Of a stretch of DNA of 64,000 nucleotides, positions 38,186 to 48,871 are shown piece after piece (the stretch's first letter is position 1; each line of letters starts with the position of its first letter). Origin of the DNA: an uncultured Erythrobacter sp. (GTDB lineage Bacteria > Pseudomonadota > Alphaproteobacteria > Sphingomonadales > Sphingomonadaceae); contig CANNGF010000004.1 of NCBI GenBank assembly GCA_947504155.1, forward strand, positions 4,081 through 68,080, in the 5' to 3' direction. Position numbers and translations under genes: made by a program. The notes beneath the pieces were generated by a model that was not told where the DNA came from, made no database searches, and saw only the letters and a program-made list of their open reading frames with translations.

Positions 38186-39549
38186 TGGCGCAAACCAAGC
38201 CGAGATTGCTTATCGTTGAGGATGATGAAGGGCTGCAGGCACAACTGAAATGGGCCTACGATGACTATGATGTCATTATTGCCGGTAACCGAGATCAGGC
38301 GCTTGCAGCCATTCGCAGTCAAGAGCCTGCTGTAGTAACTCTCGACCTGGGTTTACCGCCTGACCCTGACGGAACGAGTGAAGGTTTCGCCGTGCTGGAT
38401 GCGATAATGGCGATGAAGCCAGATACTAAAGTGGTCGTTGCCTCGGGCCATGGCGCACGCGAAAGCGCTTTGCAGGCCATTGAACGGGGCGCTTACGACT
38501 TCTATCAAAAACCGGTCGATATCGAGAAACTCGGGCTTATCGTCGGTCGCGCTTTCAAACTTAGCCAGATCGAAATTGAGAACCGCCGACTTTCCGCCAA
38601 GATTGGCGAAGACAAAACGGTTCTGGGTAGGATGATTACTACCGCACCTGAAATGGCTAAGGTTGCGCGAACGATCGAACGAGTGGCGCCTACCAACATT
38701 TCGGTTATGCTTCTCGGTGCGAGCGGAACTGGAAAAGAACTGCTGGCTAAGGGCGTACATGAGGCAAGCGACCGTAGAAAGGGCGCCTTCGTAGCAATCA
38801 ATTGTGCCGCAATTCCAGAAAGCCTTCTTGAAAGCGAACTTTTCGGACATGAAAAGGGAGCATTTACTGGAGCGGTAAAAACCACCGAAGGTAAGATTGA
38901 GATGGCTGACGGTGGCACTCTCTTTCTCGATGAAGTAGGTGATATCCCGCTCGCGCTCCAGGTCAAATTACTGCGCTTTCTGCAGGAGCGGGTTATTGAA
39001 CGGCTAGGGGGGCGTAAACAAATCGCGGTTGATACCCGCATCGTATGCGCGACTCATCAAAACCTCGAAGAAATGATTGGCGACAATACGTTTCGCGAGG
39101 ATCTGTTCTACCGATTGGCCGAGGTGGTAATCAGGGTGCCTGCATTAGCCGAACGCCCGGGTGACAGCGTTCTCTTAGCCAAACATTTCCTGACTAGATT
39201 TGCCGGGGAAATGAATCCTCAGGTCAAAGGCTTTGCGCCCGATGCGCTAGAAGCGATCGATGGCTGGAAGTGGCCTGGTAATGTTCGCGAGTTAGAGAAC
39301 AGGGTCAAACGCGCGGTTATTATGGCCGATGGCAAGCTCGTCACTGCGGAGGATCTCGATCTTGAGCAACGCTGCGAGGGAGGTGAGCAACCGCTAAACC
39401 TCAAGCAAGCGCGAGAGGCTGCGGATCGACGAATGATCCGGCAGGCGATGGCTCGTAGTCAAGGTAACATCTCGATGACGGCAAAGCTGTTGGGCATCAG
39501 TCGCCCGACCCTTTACGACCTGCTGAAGCAGTACGATTTACAGGACTGA
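38185..39549 (+). CDS. prsR: Sigma54-dependent response regulator PrsR
   Basis: REC domain TLDLGLPP, GASGTGKE, GAFTGA and a Fis-type HTH. Confidence 0.9.
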   Translation: MAQTKPRLLIVEDDEGLQAQLKWAYDDYDVIIAGNRDQALAAIRSQEPAVVTLDLGLPPDPDGTSEGFAVLDAIMAMKPDTKVVVASGHGARESALQAIERGAYDFYQKPVDIEKLGLIVGRAFKLSQIEIENRRLSAKIGEDKTVLGRMITTAPEMAKVARTIERVAPTNISVMLLGASGTGKELLAKGVHEASDRRKGAFVAINCAAIPESLLESELFGHEKGAFTGAVKTTEGKIEMADGGTLFLDEVGDIPLALQVKLLRFLQERVIERLGGRKQIAVDTRIVCATHQNLEEMIGDNTFREDLFYRLAEVVIRVPALAERPGDSVLLAKHFLTRFAGEMNPQVKGFAPDALEAIDGWKWPGNVRELENRVKRAVIMADGKLVTAEDLDLEQRCEGGEQPLNLKQAREAADRRMIRQAMARSQGNISMTAKLLGISRPTLYDLLKQYDLQD

Positions 39550-39583
39550 CAGATTACCGGATCACGCCTAGGCCTCCGGCATC

Positions 39584-40582
39584 ATGGTACGCACACTAAT
39601 ATCCGACCCAATGCTTCGAATGCTGGTTGTCGCAGTCGCTCTGGCGGCAGCGCTTCCTGCTACCGGGCATACACGCTCTATTCTGCAGATGGCGGCGAAT
39701 GTCGGGATATTCGTTCTCTTTCTGCTTAACGGAATGCGGATCGCTCGGAGGGAAATCCTGGCAGGGGCAGCCAACCTCAGATTCATCGGTCCTTTGATAT
39801 TGTGGTGCTTCGGAGCGATGGCCCTTCTTGGGTTGTGCTTTTACCGCGCTGCTCCAGGGAGCATTCCTCCGCTGGTCGCGATTGGCTTCTTGTATTTGGG
39901 TGTGCTTCCTACGACGATACAGTCGTCCACGTCATATAGTTCGCTTGCCAACGGGAATGTGGCACTTTCAGTTATCGCTGCCGCTCTTCTAAGCATTCTC
40001 GGGGTTTTCATCAGCGTGCCACTCTTCATCGCCATGGGCGGTACTGGCGATGGAGCAGTCGGCAGCGATGCCGTGATCAAGATAATGATGATCTTGATAG
40101 TCCCCTTCGCGTTCGGGCAGGTCGTTCAAACGCGGACCCGTGGCTTCATTGCCGTCCACAAGCCGAAGATCATTTGGCTTGACCGCGGTGTAATCGCTCT
40201 TGCCGTCTACGTGGCATTTTCCGGCGCGGTAGAGCAGGGTATATGGACGCGCATTGATCCGCAGGGCTGGCTGTGGACCGCGGCGATGGTTCTGGCGCTG
40301 ATCGCGATAGGGCATATAGGAGCTTGGCTGGCAGCAAAGGCTCTTGGCTTGTCCTTCGAAGATCGTATCTCGTTTCTTTTCGCTGGTGGGCAGAAGTCGG
40401 CCGCCATTGGCGCGCCGCTGGCAACCATTCTGTTTAAGCCGTCGATGGCAGGATTTATCGTGCTGCCTCTATTGCTCTACCATCTGGCTCAACTGGTACT
40501 GGCGGCTCCGCTTGCTAGTCGGCTGAGGTCGTCGCCTCGTCTGGATAGCGACGATTGTACCGCACCGACCACAGGAAGCTGA
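39584..40582 (+). CDS. Bile acid:sodium symporter family protein
   Basis: LPTTIQSS and QKSAAIG motifs; multiple TM segments. Confidence 0.8.
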   Translation: MVRTLISDPMLRMLVVAVALAAALPATGHTRSILQMAANVGIFVLFLLNGMRIARREILAGAANLRFIGPLILWCFGAMALLGLCFYRAAPGSIPPLVAIGFLYLGVLPTTIQSSTSYSSLANGNVALSVIAAALLSILGVFISVPLFIAMGGTGDGAVGSDAVIKIMMILIVPFAFGQVVQTRTRGFIAVHKPKIIWLDRGVIALAVYVAFSGAVEQGIWTRIDPQGWLWTAAMVLALIAIGHIGAWLAAKALGLSFEDRISFLFAGGQKSAAIGAPLATILFKPSMAGFIVLPLLLYHLAQLVLAAPLASRLRSSPRLDSDDCTAPTTGS

Positions 40583-41582
40583 GGCCAATCAGGACCGCTC
40601 CCAAGAGGCCGGTGACCGTTTCTGGTATATGATAGCGTGCCGACAGAAGCATGATCATCCCCAGCACGATGATCGCCCAGAACGCTCCGTGTTCGAGATA
40701 GCGATATTGCGCCAGAGTACCGGTTTTCACCAGATGGATTGTCATTGAGCGAACGAACATCGCGCCCACCGAGAGGCCCAGTGCGATGATGATCATATTA
40801 TTCGATAGCGCGAATGCGCCGATTACGCCGTCAAAACTGAAGCTTGCGTCCAACACCTCAAGATAGAGGAAGCCTCCAAGCCCGGACTTCACCAATTCTC
40901 CGACAGCCTTTTTTCGTGCTTCTCGCTCCTCGATCATAGCCGCGATCGCGTGGACTGCGATGAAAGTCACCAAGCCTAGAATCGCCGCAGTCAGGAACGT
41001 GACATCGTCAGCAGGGGGCAGGAGCGTTGAAACGAAATAGATAAGTACCAGAACCAAGCCGATCTCTACGGCGGGAACATTCGAGAATTTATTGATCGTC
41101 TGCTCCACGACACGGATCCAGTGCACCTCTTTCTCATGGTCGAAGAAGAAAGTCAGGCCGACCATTGCAAGAAATGCGCCGCCAAAGCCTGCGATACCTA
41201 CATGGGCATCGGAGACGATACGTTCGTATTCGCTGGGATTATTCAAGGAGAGACTGATAGCTTCGAGTGGCCCGACCTGCGCCGCGATTGCTACGATTGC
41301 GATTGGGAATATAATTCGCATCCCGAATACAGCGATAAGAATGCCGATGGTAAGAAACCGTCTCTGCCAGACCGGGTCCATGTCTCTTAAAACGGTCGCA
41401 TTGACGACAGCATTGTCGAAGCTGAGCGAGACCTCGAGAATGGAAAGGACCAGCACGATCCATAAAATGCCTAGAGTGGCGGTAAGGGAACCGGTGCTGG
41501 ACCAGCCATACCACGCAGCCAAAGCGAAACAGATCGCCGTGAAGACGAACGAGAAAGTATAATACTCGCGAATGGTTTTCAT
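40515..41582 (-). CDS. DUF475 (TerC-like) membrane protein
   Basis: LEVSLSFDNAVVNA, LEVLDASFSFDGVIGAF and YLEHGA motifs. Confidence 0.85.
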   Translation of the reverse strand: MKTIREYYTFSFVFTAICFALAAWYGWSSTGSLTATLGILWIVLVLSILEVSLSFDNAVVNATVLRDMDPVWQRRFLTIGILIAVFGMRIIFPIAIVAIAAQVGPLEAISLSLNNPSEYERIVSDAHVGIAGFGGAFLAMVGLTFFFDHEKEVHWIRVVEQTINKFSNVPAVEIGLVLVLIYFVSTLLPPADDVTFLTAAILGLVTFIAVHAIAAMIEEREARKKAVGELVKSGLGGFLYLEVLDASFSFDGVIGAFALSNNMIIIALGLSVGAMFVRSMTIHLVKTGTLAQYRYLEHGAFWAIIVLGMIMLLSARYHIPETVTGLLGAVLIGLSFLWSVRYNRRYPDEATTSAD

Positions 41583-41594
41583 TTGTGGGGTTCC

Positions 41595-42467
41595 TCAGCC
41601 CTTTGGCTGGTAGGTCTGGTCAGACGAAGGGAAGCTGCGCCCACGCACTTCCTCGGCGTATTGCGCGACAGTCTTTTCGATCACCTCGGCAATATTTTCG
41701 TACTTCTTTACAAACCGTGGTACGCGATCAAACATACCTAGCATATCCTCGGTGACCAGAACCTGGCCGTCGCATTGTGCTGACGCCCCTATGCCGATCG
41801 TCGGGCAGGACAGGGCCTTGGTCGCTTCAATTGCAATCGGTTCTAGCACGCCTTCAAGCACCACAGCGAATGCCCCCGCTTCGTCCAGCGCTTTGGCATC
41901 ACCGATTATTTTTTCGGCTTCCGCATTGTCGCGCCCACGTGCCATATAGCCGCCCAGAACGTTGACCGCCTGAGGCGTCAGACCGACATGCCCCATGACA
42001 GGGATGCCTCGCTGATTGAGGAATGCGACCGTCTCGGCCATCGGTTCACCCCCTTCGAGCTTGACCGCCGCGGCGCCGCTTTCCTTCAGGAGACGAGCGG
42101 CGCTTTCGAATGCCTGCTCTTTGGAGCTTTCGTACGATCCGAAAGGCATATCGACCACGACCACAGCGTGATAACTGCCACGGACGACTGCGGCGGCATG
42201 GTTTGCCATCATCTCCATTGTTACTGGAATGGTCGACGGTAGCCCATAAATGACCTGCCCCAGCGAATCGCCTACCAGCAACATATCGCAGTGAGCATCG
42301 AGCAACTGGGCCTGCCTAGCCGTATAGGCCGTAAGCATGACCAGCGGTTCCTCGCTATTTCCTTCGCTTTTGCGAGCGCGGATCTTCGGGACCGTGAGCC
42401 GCTTCATAGGCTGCGGGGTTGGATTGGCGCGGCTGGTGCTGGTGTCGAGCTGGAAGGTCGTTGACAT
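41595..42467 (-). CDS. panB: 3-methyl-2-oxobutanoate hydroxymethyltransferase
   Basis: [30 protein letters not shown] and IGIGA motifs. Confidence 0.96.
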   Translation of the reverse strand: MSTTFQLDTSTSRANPTPQPMKRLTVPKIRARKSEGNSEEPLVMLTAYTARQAQLLDAHCDMLLVGDSLGQVIYGLPSTIPVTMEMMANHAAAVVRGSYHAVVVVDMPFGSYESSKEQAFESAARLLKESGAAAVKLEGGEPMAETVAFLNQRGIPVMGHVGLTPQAVNVLGGYMARGRDNAEAEKIIGDAKALDEAGAFAVVLEGVLEPIAIEATKALSCPTIGIGASAQCDGQVLVTEDMLGMFDRVPRFVKKYENIAEVIEKTVAQYAEEVRGRSFPSSDQTYQPKG

Positions 42468-42596
42468 GGCGGATGCCCTAGCAAGCGTTGTCGACAGTTG
42501 GAAGCGAGGCTTGGACAGGGTTTGAATTCCATGCTTAAAGCCGCGCACATCTGCGATGCGGGAGGCATCGTGTGTCGGAGAGGGAATTACACGAGA

Positions 42597-44027
42597 ATGG
42601 TCGCTGCCGGAAAAACTACGGGTGAGGGCTGGTCCTCACGCTCTGCCTTTATCCTTGCTGCAGTCGGCGCCGCCGTCGGCCTCGGCAACATTTGGCGTTT
42701 CCCGACGCTCGCGGGTGAGAGCGGAGGCGGCGCCTTCGTCATATTCTATATAGCGTGCGTGTTTCTGCTCGGGCTGCCGCTGGTTCTATCAGAGATCTTC
42801 ATTGGCCGCGTTGGTCAGACTGACGCTGTCGGTTCGATCCGCAAGGTAGCGCAAGGGTCACAAGCATCGGCCAAGTGGTCGATCTTTGGCGGGATCGGCG
42901 CTGTGGCAGCGTTTCTAATCGTCTCTTTCTATTCGGTCGTGGCCGGCTGGGTCCTGTATTACGCCGGTGTGATGGGCTGGGACCTCCTGCAGGCCATCGG
43001 CTCCGGTGACCTTTTGCGTGGGGCACTAGCAGGAGAAAGCGAGGCGCAGATCCAACAGAGACTGGGCGATATGTTTGCCTCCTGGCCGCTGCTTCTCGTC
43101 ATGCATTTGGGCTTCATGGGCCTTACGCTCTACATCGTGGCAAGAGGAGTGAGTTCAGGCATCGAGAAGGCTGCAACCTATCTCATGCCAGCTTTCTTCG
43201 TATTGTTGATTGGTCTGGTGCTCTACGGAGCGGTGGAAGGAGACATTGGAGAGGCTGCTTCCTTCCTGTTTACGCCTGATTGGTCGAAGCTCACTCCCGA
43301 AGTCATGAATTCAGCGCTGGGCCAGGCTCTTTTTTCACTATCCCTCGGTGTCGCTGGCCTCATCACCTACGGTTCGTACATCAAGGAAAAAAGCAATCTC
43401 GGCGGCACGGCTGCAATGATTGCAATTGCCGACACCTGCGTCGCGTTGCTTGCAGGGTTGATGATCTTCCCCATCGTCTTTGCTGTCGGCCTCAACCCGG
43501 CCGCTGGACCGACGTTGGTTTTCCAGACCCTACCTTTTGCATTTCAGACCATGCCTGGAGGCGCACTGTTCGGCTTCTTGTTCTTCCTGCTCATTCTCGT
43601 TGCGGCGGTAACAAGTTCAATTTCACTCCTAGAGGTCCCGACGGCATGGGGCATCGGTGAACTTGGTTGGAGCCGTCCCAAGTCCGCTCTTGTCTTTGGT
43701 ATCGGCGCTTTCCTGATCGGTATTTTCTGTCTTTTGGGCTACAACGTCCTTTCGGATGTACGCCCGCTCGGCTTCTGGTCGCTCTTCGCCGAAACAGATA
43801 TTCTAGATACGATCGACGCCTTTACCGGGAAAATCATGCTCCCGCTTGGGGCGCTGCTGACTTCGCTCTTCATCGGTTGGAAGGCAGATAAGAACCTCCT
43901 CCGTACGACCACCGGCCTTTCTCCAATCGCGTTTGGCTTGTGGCGATTCTTGATTGCTTGGTTGTGTCCGATCGCCGTGACGATCATCCTGGTAACGGGC
44001 CTGTTTCCCAGCATTCTGGGAGCCTAA
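42597..44027 (+). CDS. Sodium-dependent transporter (NSS/SNF family)
   Basis: [21 protein letters not shown] and TSSISLLE motifs. Confidence 0.9.
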   Translation: MVAAGKTTGEGWSSRSAFILAAVGAAVGLGNIWRFPTLAGESGGGAFVIFYIACVFLLGLPLVLSEIFIGRVGQTDAVGSIRKVAQGSQASAKWSIFGGIGAVAAFLIVSFYSVVAGWVLYYAGVMGWDLLQAIGSGDLLRGALAGESEAQIQQRLGDMFASWPLLLVMHLGFMGLTLYIVARGVSSGIEKAATYLMPAFFVLLIGLVLYGAVEGDIGEAASFLFTPDWSKLTPEVMNSALGQALFSLSLGVAGLITYGSYIKEKSNLGGTAAMIAIADTCVALLAGLMIFPIVFAVGLNPAAGPTLVFQTLPFAFQTMPGGALFGFLFFLLILVAAVTSSISLLEVPTAWGIGELGWSRPKSALVFGIGAFLIGIFCLLGYNVLSDVRPLGFWSLFAETDILDTIDAFTGKIMLPLGALLTSLFIGWKADKNLLRTTTGLSPIAFGLWRFLIAWLCPIAVTIILVTGLFPSILGA

Positions 44028-44042
44028 GCAAAATCCTCTTTT

Positions 44043-44083
44043 CCGTCCGGAAGTTCGCGAGTAAATGACGAACTTCCGGATGG
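44043..44083. other. Intergenic stem-loop
   Basis: 15-bp stem CCGTCCGGAAGTTCG / CGAACTTCCGGATGG (one G-U pair), 11-nt loop, no T tract on the + side. Confidence 0.55.
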
Positions 44084-44131
44084 CGGAGCGGGGCTGTCCC
44101 GCGGCGGGCCGGTGGAGGCCGCTGGCCGTAT

Positions 44132-45706
44132 ATGATCTTCGACAGGGTTAAGCCGCTCGATGCCATTCTGGCCGCGGCGCAAAGGAAGTCGCTGCACCGT
44201 TCCTTGGGCGCGCTGCAGCTAATGCTGTTCGGTATCGGTTGTATTATAGGTACCGGAATATTCGTGCTGACTGCTGCAGGAGCGCAAAAGGCTGGCCCAG
44301 GCCTCATGCTGGCCTTTGTGATTGCGGGTGCCGTCTGCATAGTCGCGGCGCTTTGTTATGCAGAGATTGCCTCTATGATTCCGGTGGCTGGATCCGCTTA
44401 TACCTACAGCTATGCCACGGTGGGGGAATTGATTGCCTGGACCGTGGGGTGGGCACTTATCCTTGAATACGCAATTGCAGCATCGGCAGTGTCCGTAGGA
44501 TGGTCGGGTTACTTCAGCGGTACCATCCTAAATGAGTTCCTGGGTATAGATTTGCCGCGATGGCTGTCCGCGGGCCCGCTTGCGCTGGGTGGAGAGGCAG
44601 GCGGATTTATCAATCTTCCTGCCATGATCATCGCCCTACTGGTCACTTGGTTGTTGATGATCGGCACAAGCGAGAGCGCCAAGGTCAACGCTATTCTGGT
44701 CGCCATCAAGGTTATTGCTTTAACCGCCTTTATCGGCCTTACGCTGACCAGTGCCTATTTCGATCCAGACAAATTCAATCCATTCCTTCCCGCTGGCCTA
44801 TTCGGAGGCTTCGGTTCGGGAGTCGGCGCAGTAGGTGCGGCAGCGACTATCTTTTTTGCTTATGTAGGATTCGACGCGGTTTCCACCGCCGCGGAGGAAA
44901 CTAAGAACCCGCAGCGCAATGTGCCGATCGGTCTCGTCGGTTCACTCATATTCTGCACGATCTTCTATATTCTCGTGGCGGCGGGAGCGATCGGGACGAT
45001 CGGCGGGCAGCCGATCATAGGGCCCGGCGGTATTCCTTTCCCAGCAGGATCCGAGGAATTGGCGCGGCAGTGCGCTCTTCCGCAACACGTGGAAGCGTTG
45101 GTCTGCTCCAATGAAGCCTTGGCACACGTCCTTCGCCAGATCGGCTTTTCGGGAATTGGCAATATCCTTGGAATAGCGGCGTTCTTGGCCTTGCCATCGG
45201 TCATTCTCGTCCTGCTTTTCGCACAGACCCGCATCTTCTTTGTAATGAGCCGGGATGGTCTGCTGCCAGATGGGCTTTCGAGAGTGCATCCGCGGTGGAA
45301 GACGCCATACGTGGTAACCGCCATTACCGGAGTGATCGTCGCTGTCGGAGCAGCATTCTTCCCTGTGGGTCAGCTGGCCGATATTGCCAATGCAGGAACG
45401 CTATATGCTTTCTTGATGGTGGCAGTTGCGGTCATGGTTCTTCGGCGTACGGCGCCGGAGCGTAAGAGAGATTTCCGGACCCCCATGCTCTGGCTGGTAG
45501 GACCGGCGACGATCTTTGGGTGTGCCTTCCTGTTCCTCAACCTGCCAAGTGCGGCGATGCTGGTGCTTCCAGTGTGGAGCATAATCGGTTTGCTGGTGTA
45601 TTTCAGGTACAGCAGGAACCACAGTCGGTTGGGGCAGGGGATCGTAGAAGTGGTCGACGATGTGGCGGGTGAAGAAACAGCCGTTCCCATTCATCCGCAT
45701 AGGTAG
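44132..45706 (+). CDS. APC family amino acid permease
   Basis: GIGCIIGTGIF, GSAYTY and FFAYVGFD...AEE motifs. Confidence 0.9.
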   Translation: MIFDRVKPLDAILAAAQRKSLHRSLGALQLMLFGIGCIIGTGIFVLTAAGAQKAGPGLMLAFVIAGAVCIVAALCYAEIASMIPVAGSAYTYSYATVGELIAWTVGWALILEYAIAASAVSVGWSGYFSGTILNEFLGIDLPRWLSAGPLALGGEAGGFINLPAMIIALLVTWLLMIGTSESAKVNAILVAIKVIALTAFIGLTLTSAYFDPDKFNPFLPAGLFGGFGSGVGAVGAAATIFFAYVGFDAVSTAAEETKNPQRNVPIGLVGSLIFCTIFYILVAAGAIGTIGGQPIIGPGGIPFPAGSEELARQCALPQHVEALVCSNEALAHVLRQIGFSGIGNILGIAAFLALPSVILVLLFAQTRIFFVMSRDGLLPDGLSRVHPRWKTPYVVTAITGVIVAVGAAFFPVGQLADIANAGTLYAFLMVAVAVMVLRRTAPERKRDFRTPMLWLVGPATIFGCAFLFLNLPSAAMLVLPVWSIIGLLVYFRYSRNHSRLGQGIVEVVDDVAGEETAVPIHPHR

Positions 45707-45717
45707 AAATATAGAAA

Positions 45718-45748
45718 AAAGGGGCCGTCCCTTTTTGACGGCCCCTTT
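45718..45748. terminator. Bidirectional Rho-independent terminator
   Basis: AAAGGGGCCGTC / GACGGCCCCTTT stem with A and T tracts, between convergent genes. Confidence 0.8.
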
Positions 45749-45765
45749 CGCTTTTGCCGGTTAAA

Positions 45766-46251
45766 TCAAAGGTCGGCAGACTTTACATGTTGTTCTTCGG
45801 CTTCGTCTTGCACAGTCATGCCCAAGGCCATCTTCGCGGTATTGAGCAGTCCCAGATCTCCGCTCCAGATTTCTGCATCGCCTAGGTCCATCCGCATGAA
45901 GAAGATATCCGGATCGTTTTTGCCGCCATCGTACCAGGCTTCGACGAAGTTGTTCCAGAATTGGTCGAAGCGCTCCTGACTGGTTTCCTTCACGAGGTTT
46001 CCGTTGAAGCGTGCGAACATTTCGTGGCCCTTGCCGGCGAATGTCGCGGTGACTGGTCCAAGCTTGCAGAAATCGCTTTTCGTGTGCGTGAAAAACCAGA
46101 TCGAGCTGTTCGCGTCCTTGTCCAGTTGGGGGCTCATCGGAACGGCGCTTGAGCTGTCATCCTCCAGCTGAAGGAATAGGAATGGGCTGTCGGCCAGAGC
46201 TTTCCAGAACTTGGTTTTGAGTTCGTCGGGATTGCCTTCGGCATGTTTCAT
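45766..46251 (-). CDS. Pyridoxamine 5'-phosphate oxidase-like / general stress protein 26 family
   Basis: PM...IWFFT, W...AWY.GGK.DP motifs. Confidence 0.8.
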   Translation of the reverse strand: MKHAEGNPDELKTKFWKALADSPFLFLQLEDDSSSAVPMSPQLDKDANSSIWFFTHTKSDFCKLGPVTATFAGKGHEMFARFNGNLVKETSQERFDQFWNNFVEAWYDGGKNDPDIFFMRMDLGDAEIWSGDLGLLNTAKMALGMTVQDEAEEQHVKSADL

Positions 46252-46355
46252 TTTGGTCTCCAAGATGGTTCATTTGCTCAATGACCGAAGGGCAGGTTTG
46301 GTCCCAAGCCAGTAGAGGAAAAGATAGAGCAGGAATTGCTAATAGATAAATATTG

Positions 46356-46370
46356 GAACATAAAGGGAAC
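46356..46370 (+). promoter_or_regulatory. Alphaproteobacterial LexA (SOS) box
   Basis: GAAC-ATAAAGG-GAAC, 17 bp upstream of imuA. Confidence 0.88.
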
Positions 46371-46387
46371 AGACGATTCGGTTCCAT

Positions 46388-47275
46388 ATGATCCAACTAG
46401 CTCTCTCCTCCTTGCCGACGACCGCCTCTGAAGATGTCGCCACACTACCTGAGCGTCATAGTGAGCGCTGGAGGCATGGGTTGGCTGGCCTACATGGAAA
46501 AGCTCTGCACAGCGAAGTGTTCGCCTCATCGAGAGAAGCGGCAGGTGCTGGTGCAGTGCTGGCGCTGGCACTTGACGATTGGCGTAACGCGTCGCCGAAA
46601 GAAGGCGGGGAGATGAGCGATCAACGCAGCATACTCTGGGTGCAGACGCGTGAGGCGGCGCGCTTGGGAGGTAAACCGTATCGTGCCGGGCTACCGCAGG
46701 ATTTGCAGTCGCGCGTGATCCATGTGCTGGCCCATAAGGCGGAAGATGCGCTTTTTGCGATGGAGGAGGGGTTGCGCTGTCGTGAGCTATCCTTCGTTAT
46801 CGGGGAAATTGCCGGCAATCCAAAGGCGTTGGACTTCACAGCTTCGCGTCGGCTGACGCTGACTGCGCAGAAACACGAGGTACCTTTGTTCCTGTTGCGG
46901 GTCGATGCGGCGCGTGACCTGTCTTCGGCCCGGATGCGCTGGCAAGTGACTTCGGCTCCATCCACCGCACCCGAATGGAACGCGCAAGCACCAGGCAATC
47001 CGTCGTGGCGGGGTGAGCTCTTCCGTGCCCGCTCGCATCCACCGGGCGAATGGGTTTTCGAAGAGTTCGGGAAGGGGCTGGAGGCTCGTCGTGAAGCGCC
47101 GCAGGTCTCTTCGCCACCCACCGGCAAGCCATTCTCTATCGTTCAGCATATCGGGCCACGTTTCGGGCTCGCCGAAAGAGCGTTTTTCAAGCCGTTGAGC
47201 ACAGCAATCGAAGATAGATCCGTTGTACTTTCGGAACAGTCTCGTTTCCGACAAGTCCAAGGTAAGCGGCGCTAG
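46388..47275 (+). CDS. imuA: ImuA (RecA-like) mutagenesis protein
   Basis: LHSEVF, ALFAMEEGLRC, LDFTASRRL and SSARMRW motifs; LexA box; precedes imuB. Confidence 0.85.
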   Translation: MIQLALSSLPTTASEDVATLPERHSERWRHGLAGLHGKALHSEVFASSREAAGAGAVLALALDDWRNASPKEGGEMSDQRSILWVQTREAARLGGKPYRAGLPQDLQSRVIHVLAHKAEDALFAMEEGLRCRELSFVIGEIAGNPKALDFTASRRLTLTAQKHEVPLFLLRVDAARDLSSARMRWQVTSAPSTAPEWNAQAPGNPSWRGELFRARSHPPGEWVFEEFGKGLEARREAPQVSSPPTGKPFSIVQHIGPRFGLAERAFFKPLSTAIEDRSVVLSEQSRFRQVQGKRR

Positions 47276-47289
47276 TTTGTTGGTCTGCC

Positions 47290-48840
47290 ATGGATCAACC
47301 GCGCCGTATCCTTTCTATCTGGCTCCCGTCCATGGCCATGGACCGCTGGCGTATGGGCGCGGCGGAGAGAGGGGAGCTAGATGACAAGCCGTTTGTCCTG
47401 ACCGCTGATACAGCGCATGGGCCGCGGATCGAAGCGACCAACCGCACAAGCGCTGCTGCCGGGGCCAGGGCAGGGATGATGTTGGCTGATGCACATTCGC
47501 TTTGCCCTGAAATCACTACGGCACTGTCCGACCCTGAAGGCGATCTCGTTTTCTTGGAAAAGCTTGCTGCTTGGGCACGACGCTGGGGACCTTGGTCGGC
47601 GATGGATGTACCGGATGGGCTTTTGGTGGATGTAACCGCAGTGTCGCATCTCTTCGGAGGCGAGGAAAAGCTGCTTGCCGATGTAACTGCGGTGTTTGCA
47701 CAGCGCGACATCGCTATGCGTTGCGCGATAGCTCCGACTGCCGGGGCAGCTTGGGCACTGGCCCATTATGCTGCATCGGGTGCGATCCTGCGCAAAGATG
47801 AGGAAATGGAAACACGGCTGGGCGAACTTCCCGTGGCGGCACTAAGGCTCGATCAGGATGTCGTCACTGTTCTTCGCCGGCTAGGGCTCAAGAAACTGAG
47901 CGAGCTTTCGGCGGTCGATCGCGATGGAATCAATAGACGGTTTCGCAACCGGAACTCTCCCTCTGCCAACCCGCTAATCCGCCTGGACCAGCTGCTCGGC
48001 CGGATACCGGAACCGCTGCTACCAGTCATTCCCCAACAAATTCCGATGGTACAGCGCCGCCTGCTGGAGCCGATCCGACACCGCCACTTGCTCGATCAGG
48101 TGGTGAACGATCTGGCGGATGATATGGTGCGCGAACTGGAGGGCAAGGGGCAGGGCGCCCGCAGGCTGGAACTCGGCTTGTGGCGCGTCGATGGTGAAGT
48201 GGTTGTGCGGCATATCGAACTTGCTGCAGCAACCCGAGAGGCCGCGCATTTTGTACGCCTTTTTGTCAGCAAGCTAGATGATGTAGATGCAGGGTTCGGG
48301 ATCGAAATGCTGCGTTTGCGTGCCAGTTGGTCAGAAGCCTTGGCATTGGACCAAAGCGATATCGAGACGGCTTCGAAAAACCATGGCATCGCGCTTTCCA
48401 CCTTGGTCGATCGGCTCACCGTGCGCCTTGGGCCCCGTGCCGTCACACGGCCCGTGCCTTCAGCCAGCCACATCCCCGAGCGTGCGCAGCGGGGCCAACC
48501 GCCTTTAGAGCCCGAACCGGCCAACCAAGGTCAGTTTGTCTTCCATCAACGCCCTTTGAAACTGCTCGACAAGGCCGAGCAGATTGCTGTGCTCTACGCC
48601 ACTCCCGATGGATATCCTAAGCGTTTCCGCTGGCGCGACGAGGTACACGATATCAAACGTGTCGAAGGCCCCGAACGTATCGCCCCTGAATGGTGGCGTG
48701 AGCGCGGTGGTACCCGACTACGCGATTATTACCGGATTGAGGATCAGAGAGGGAGGCGCTACTGGATCTATCGGCTCGGCATTATCGGAGATGGACGAGG
48801 TGGTAAGCCAAAGTGGTACTTGCAGGGATTGTTCGCCTGA
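47290..48840 (+). CDS. imuB: ImuB, inactive Y-family polymerase
   Basis: WARRWGP, DGLLVDVT, IAPTAGAAWALA, GPERIAPEWW and RDYYRIED motifs. Confidence 0.92.
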   Translation: MDQPRRILSIWLPSMAMDRWRMGAAERGELDDKPFVLTADTAHGPRIEATNRTSAAAGARAGMMLADAHSLCPEITTALSDPEGDLVFLEKLAAWARRWGPWSAMDVPDGLLVDVTAVSHLFGGEEKLLADVTAVFAQRDIAMRCAIAPTAGAAWALAHYAASGAILRKDEEMETRLGELPVAALRLDQDVVTVLRRLGLKKLSELSAVDRDGINRRFRNRNSPSANPLIRLDQLLGRIPEPLLPVIPQQIPMVQRRLLEPIRHRHLLDQVVNDLADDMVRELEGKGQGARRLELGLWRVDGEVVVRHIELAAATREAAHFVRLFVSKLDDVDAGFGIEMLRLRASWSEALALDQSDIETASKNHGIALSTLVDRLTVRLGPRAVTRPVPSASHIPERAQRGQPPLEPEPANQGQFVFHQRPLKLLDKAEQIAVLYATPDGYPKRFRWRDEVHDIKRVEGPERIAPEWWRERGGTRLRDYYRIEDQRGRRYWIYRLGIIGDGRGGKPKWYLQGLFA

Positions 48841-48871
48841 TAAACAATGACGAGGGGGCTCCTCGCAAAAC

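Noticed and set aside
47070-47275. Long C-terminal tail on ImuA, possibly an insertion or frameshift
   Set aside because: The frame is continuous, with no repeats or IS ends visible. It cannot be told from normal ImuA tail variability without an alignment.
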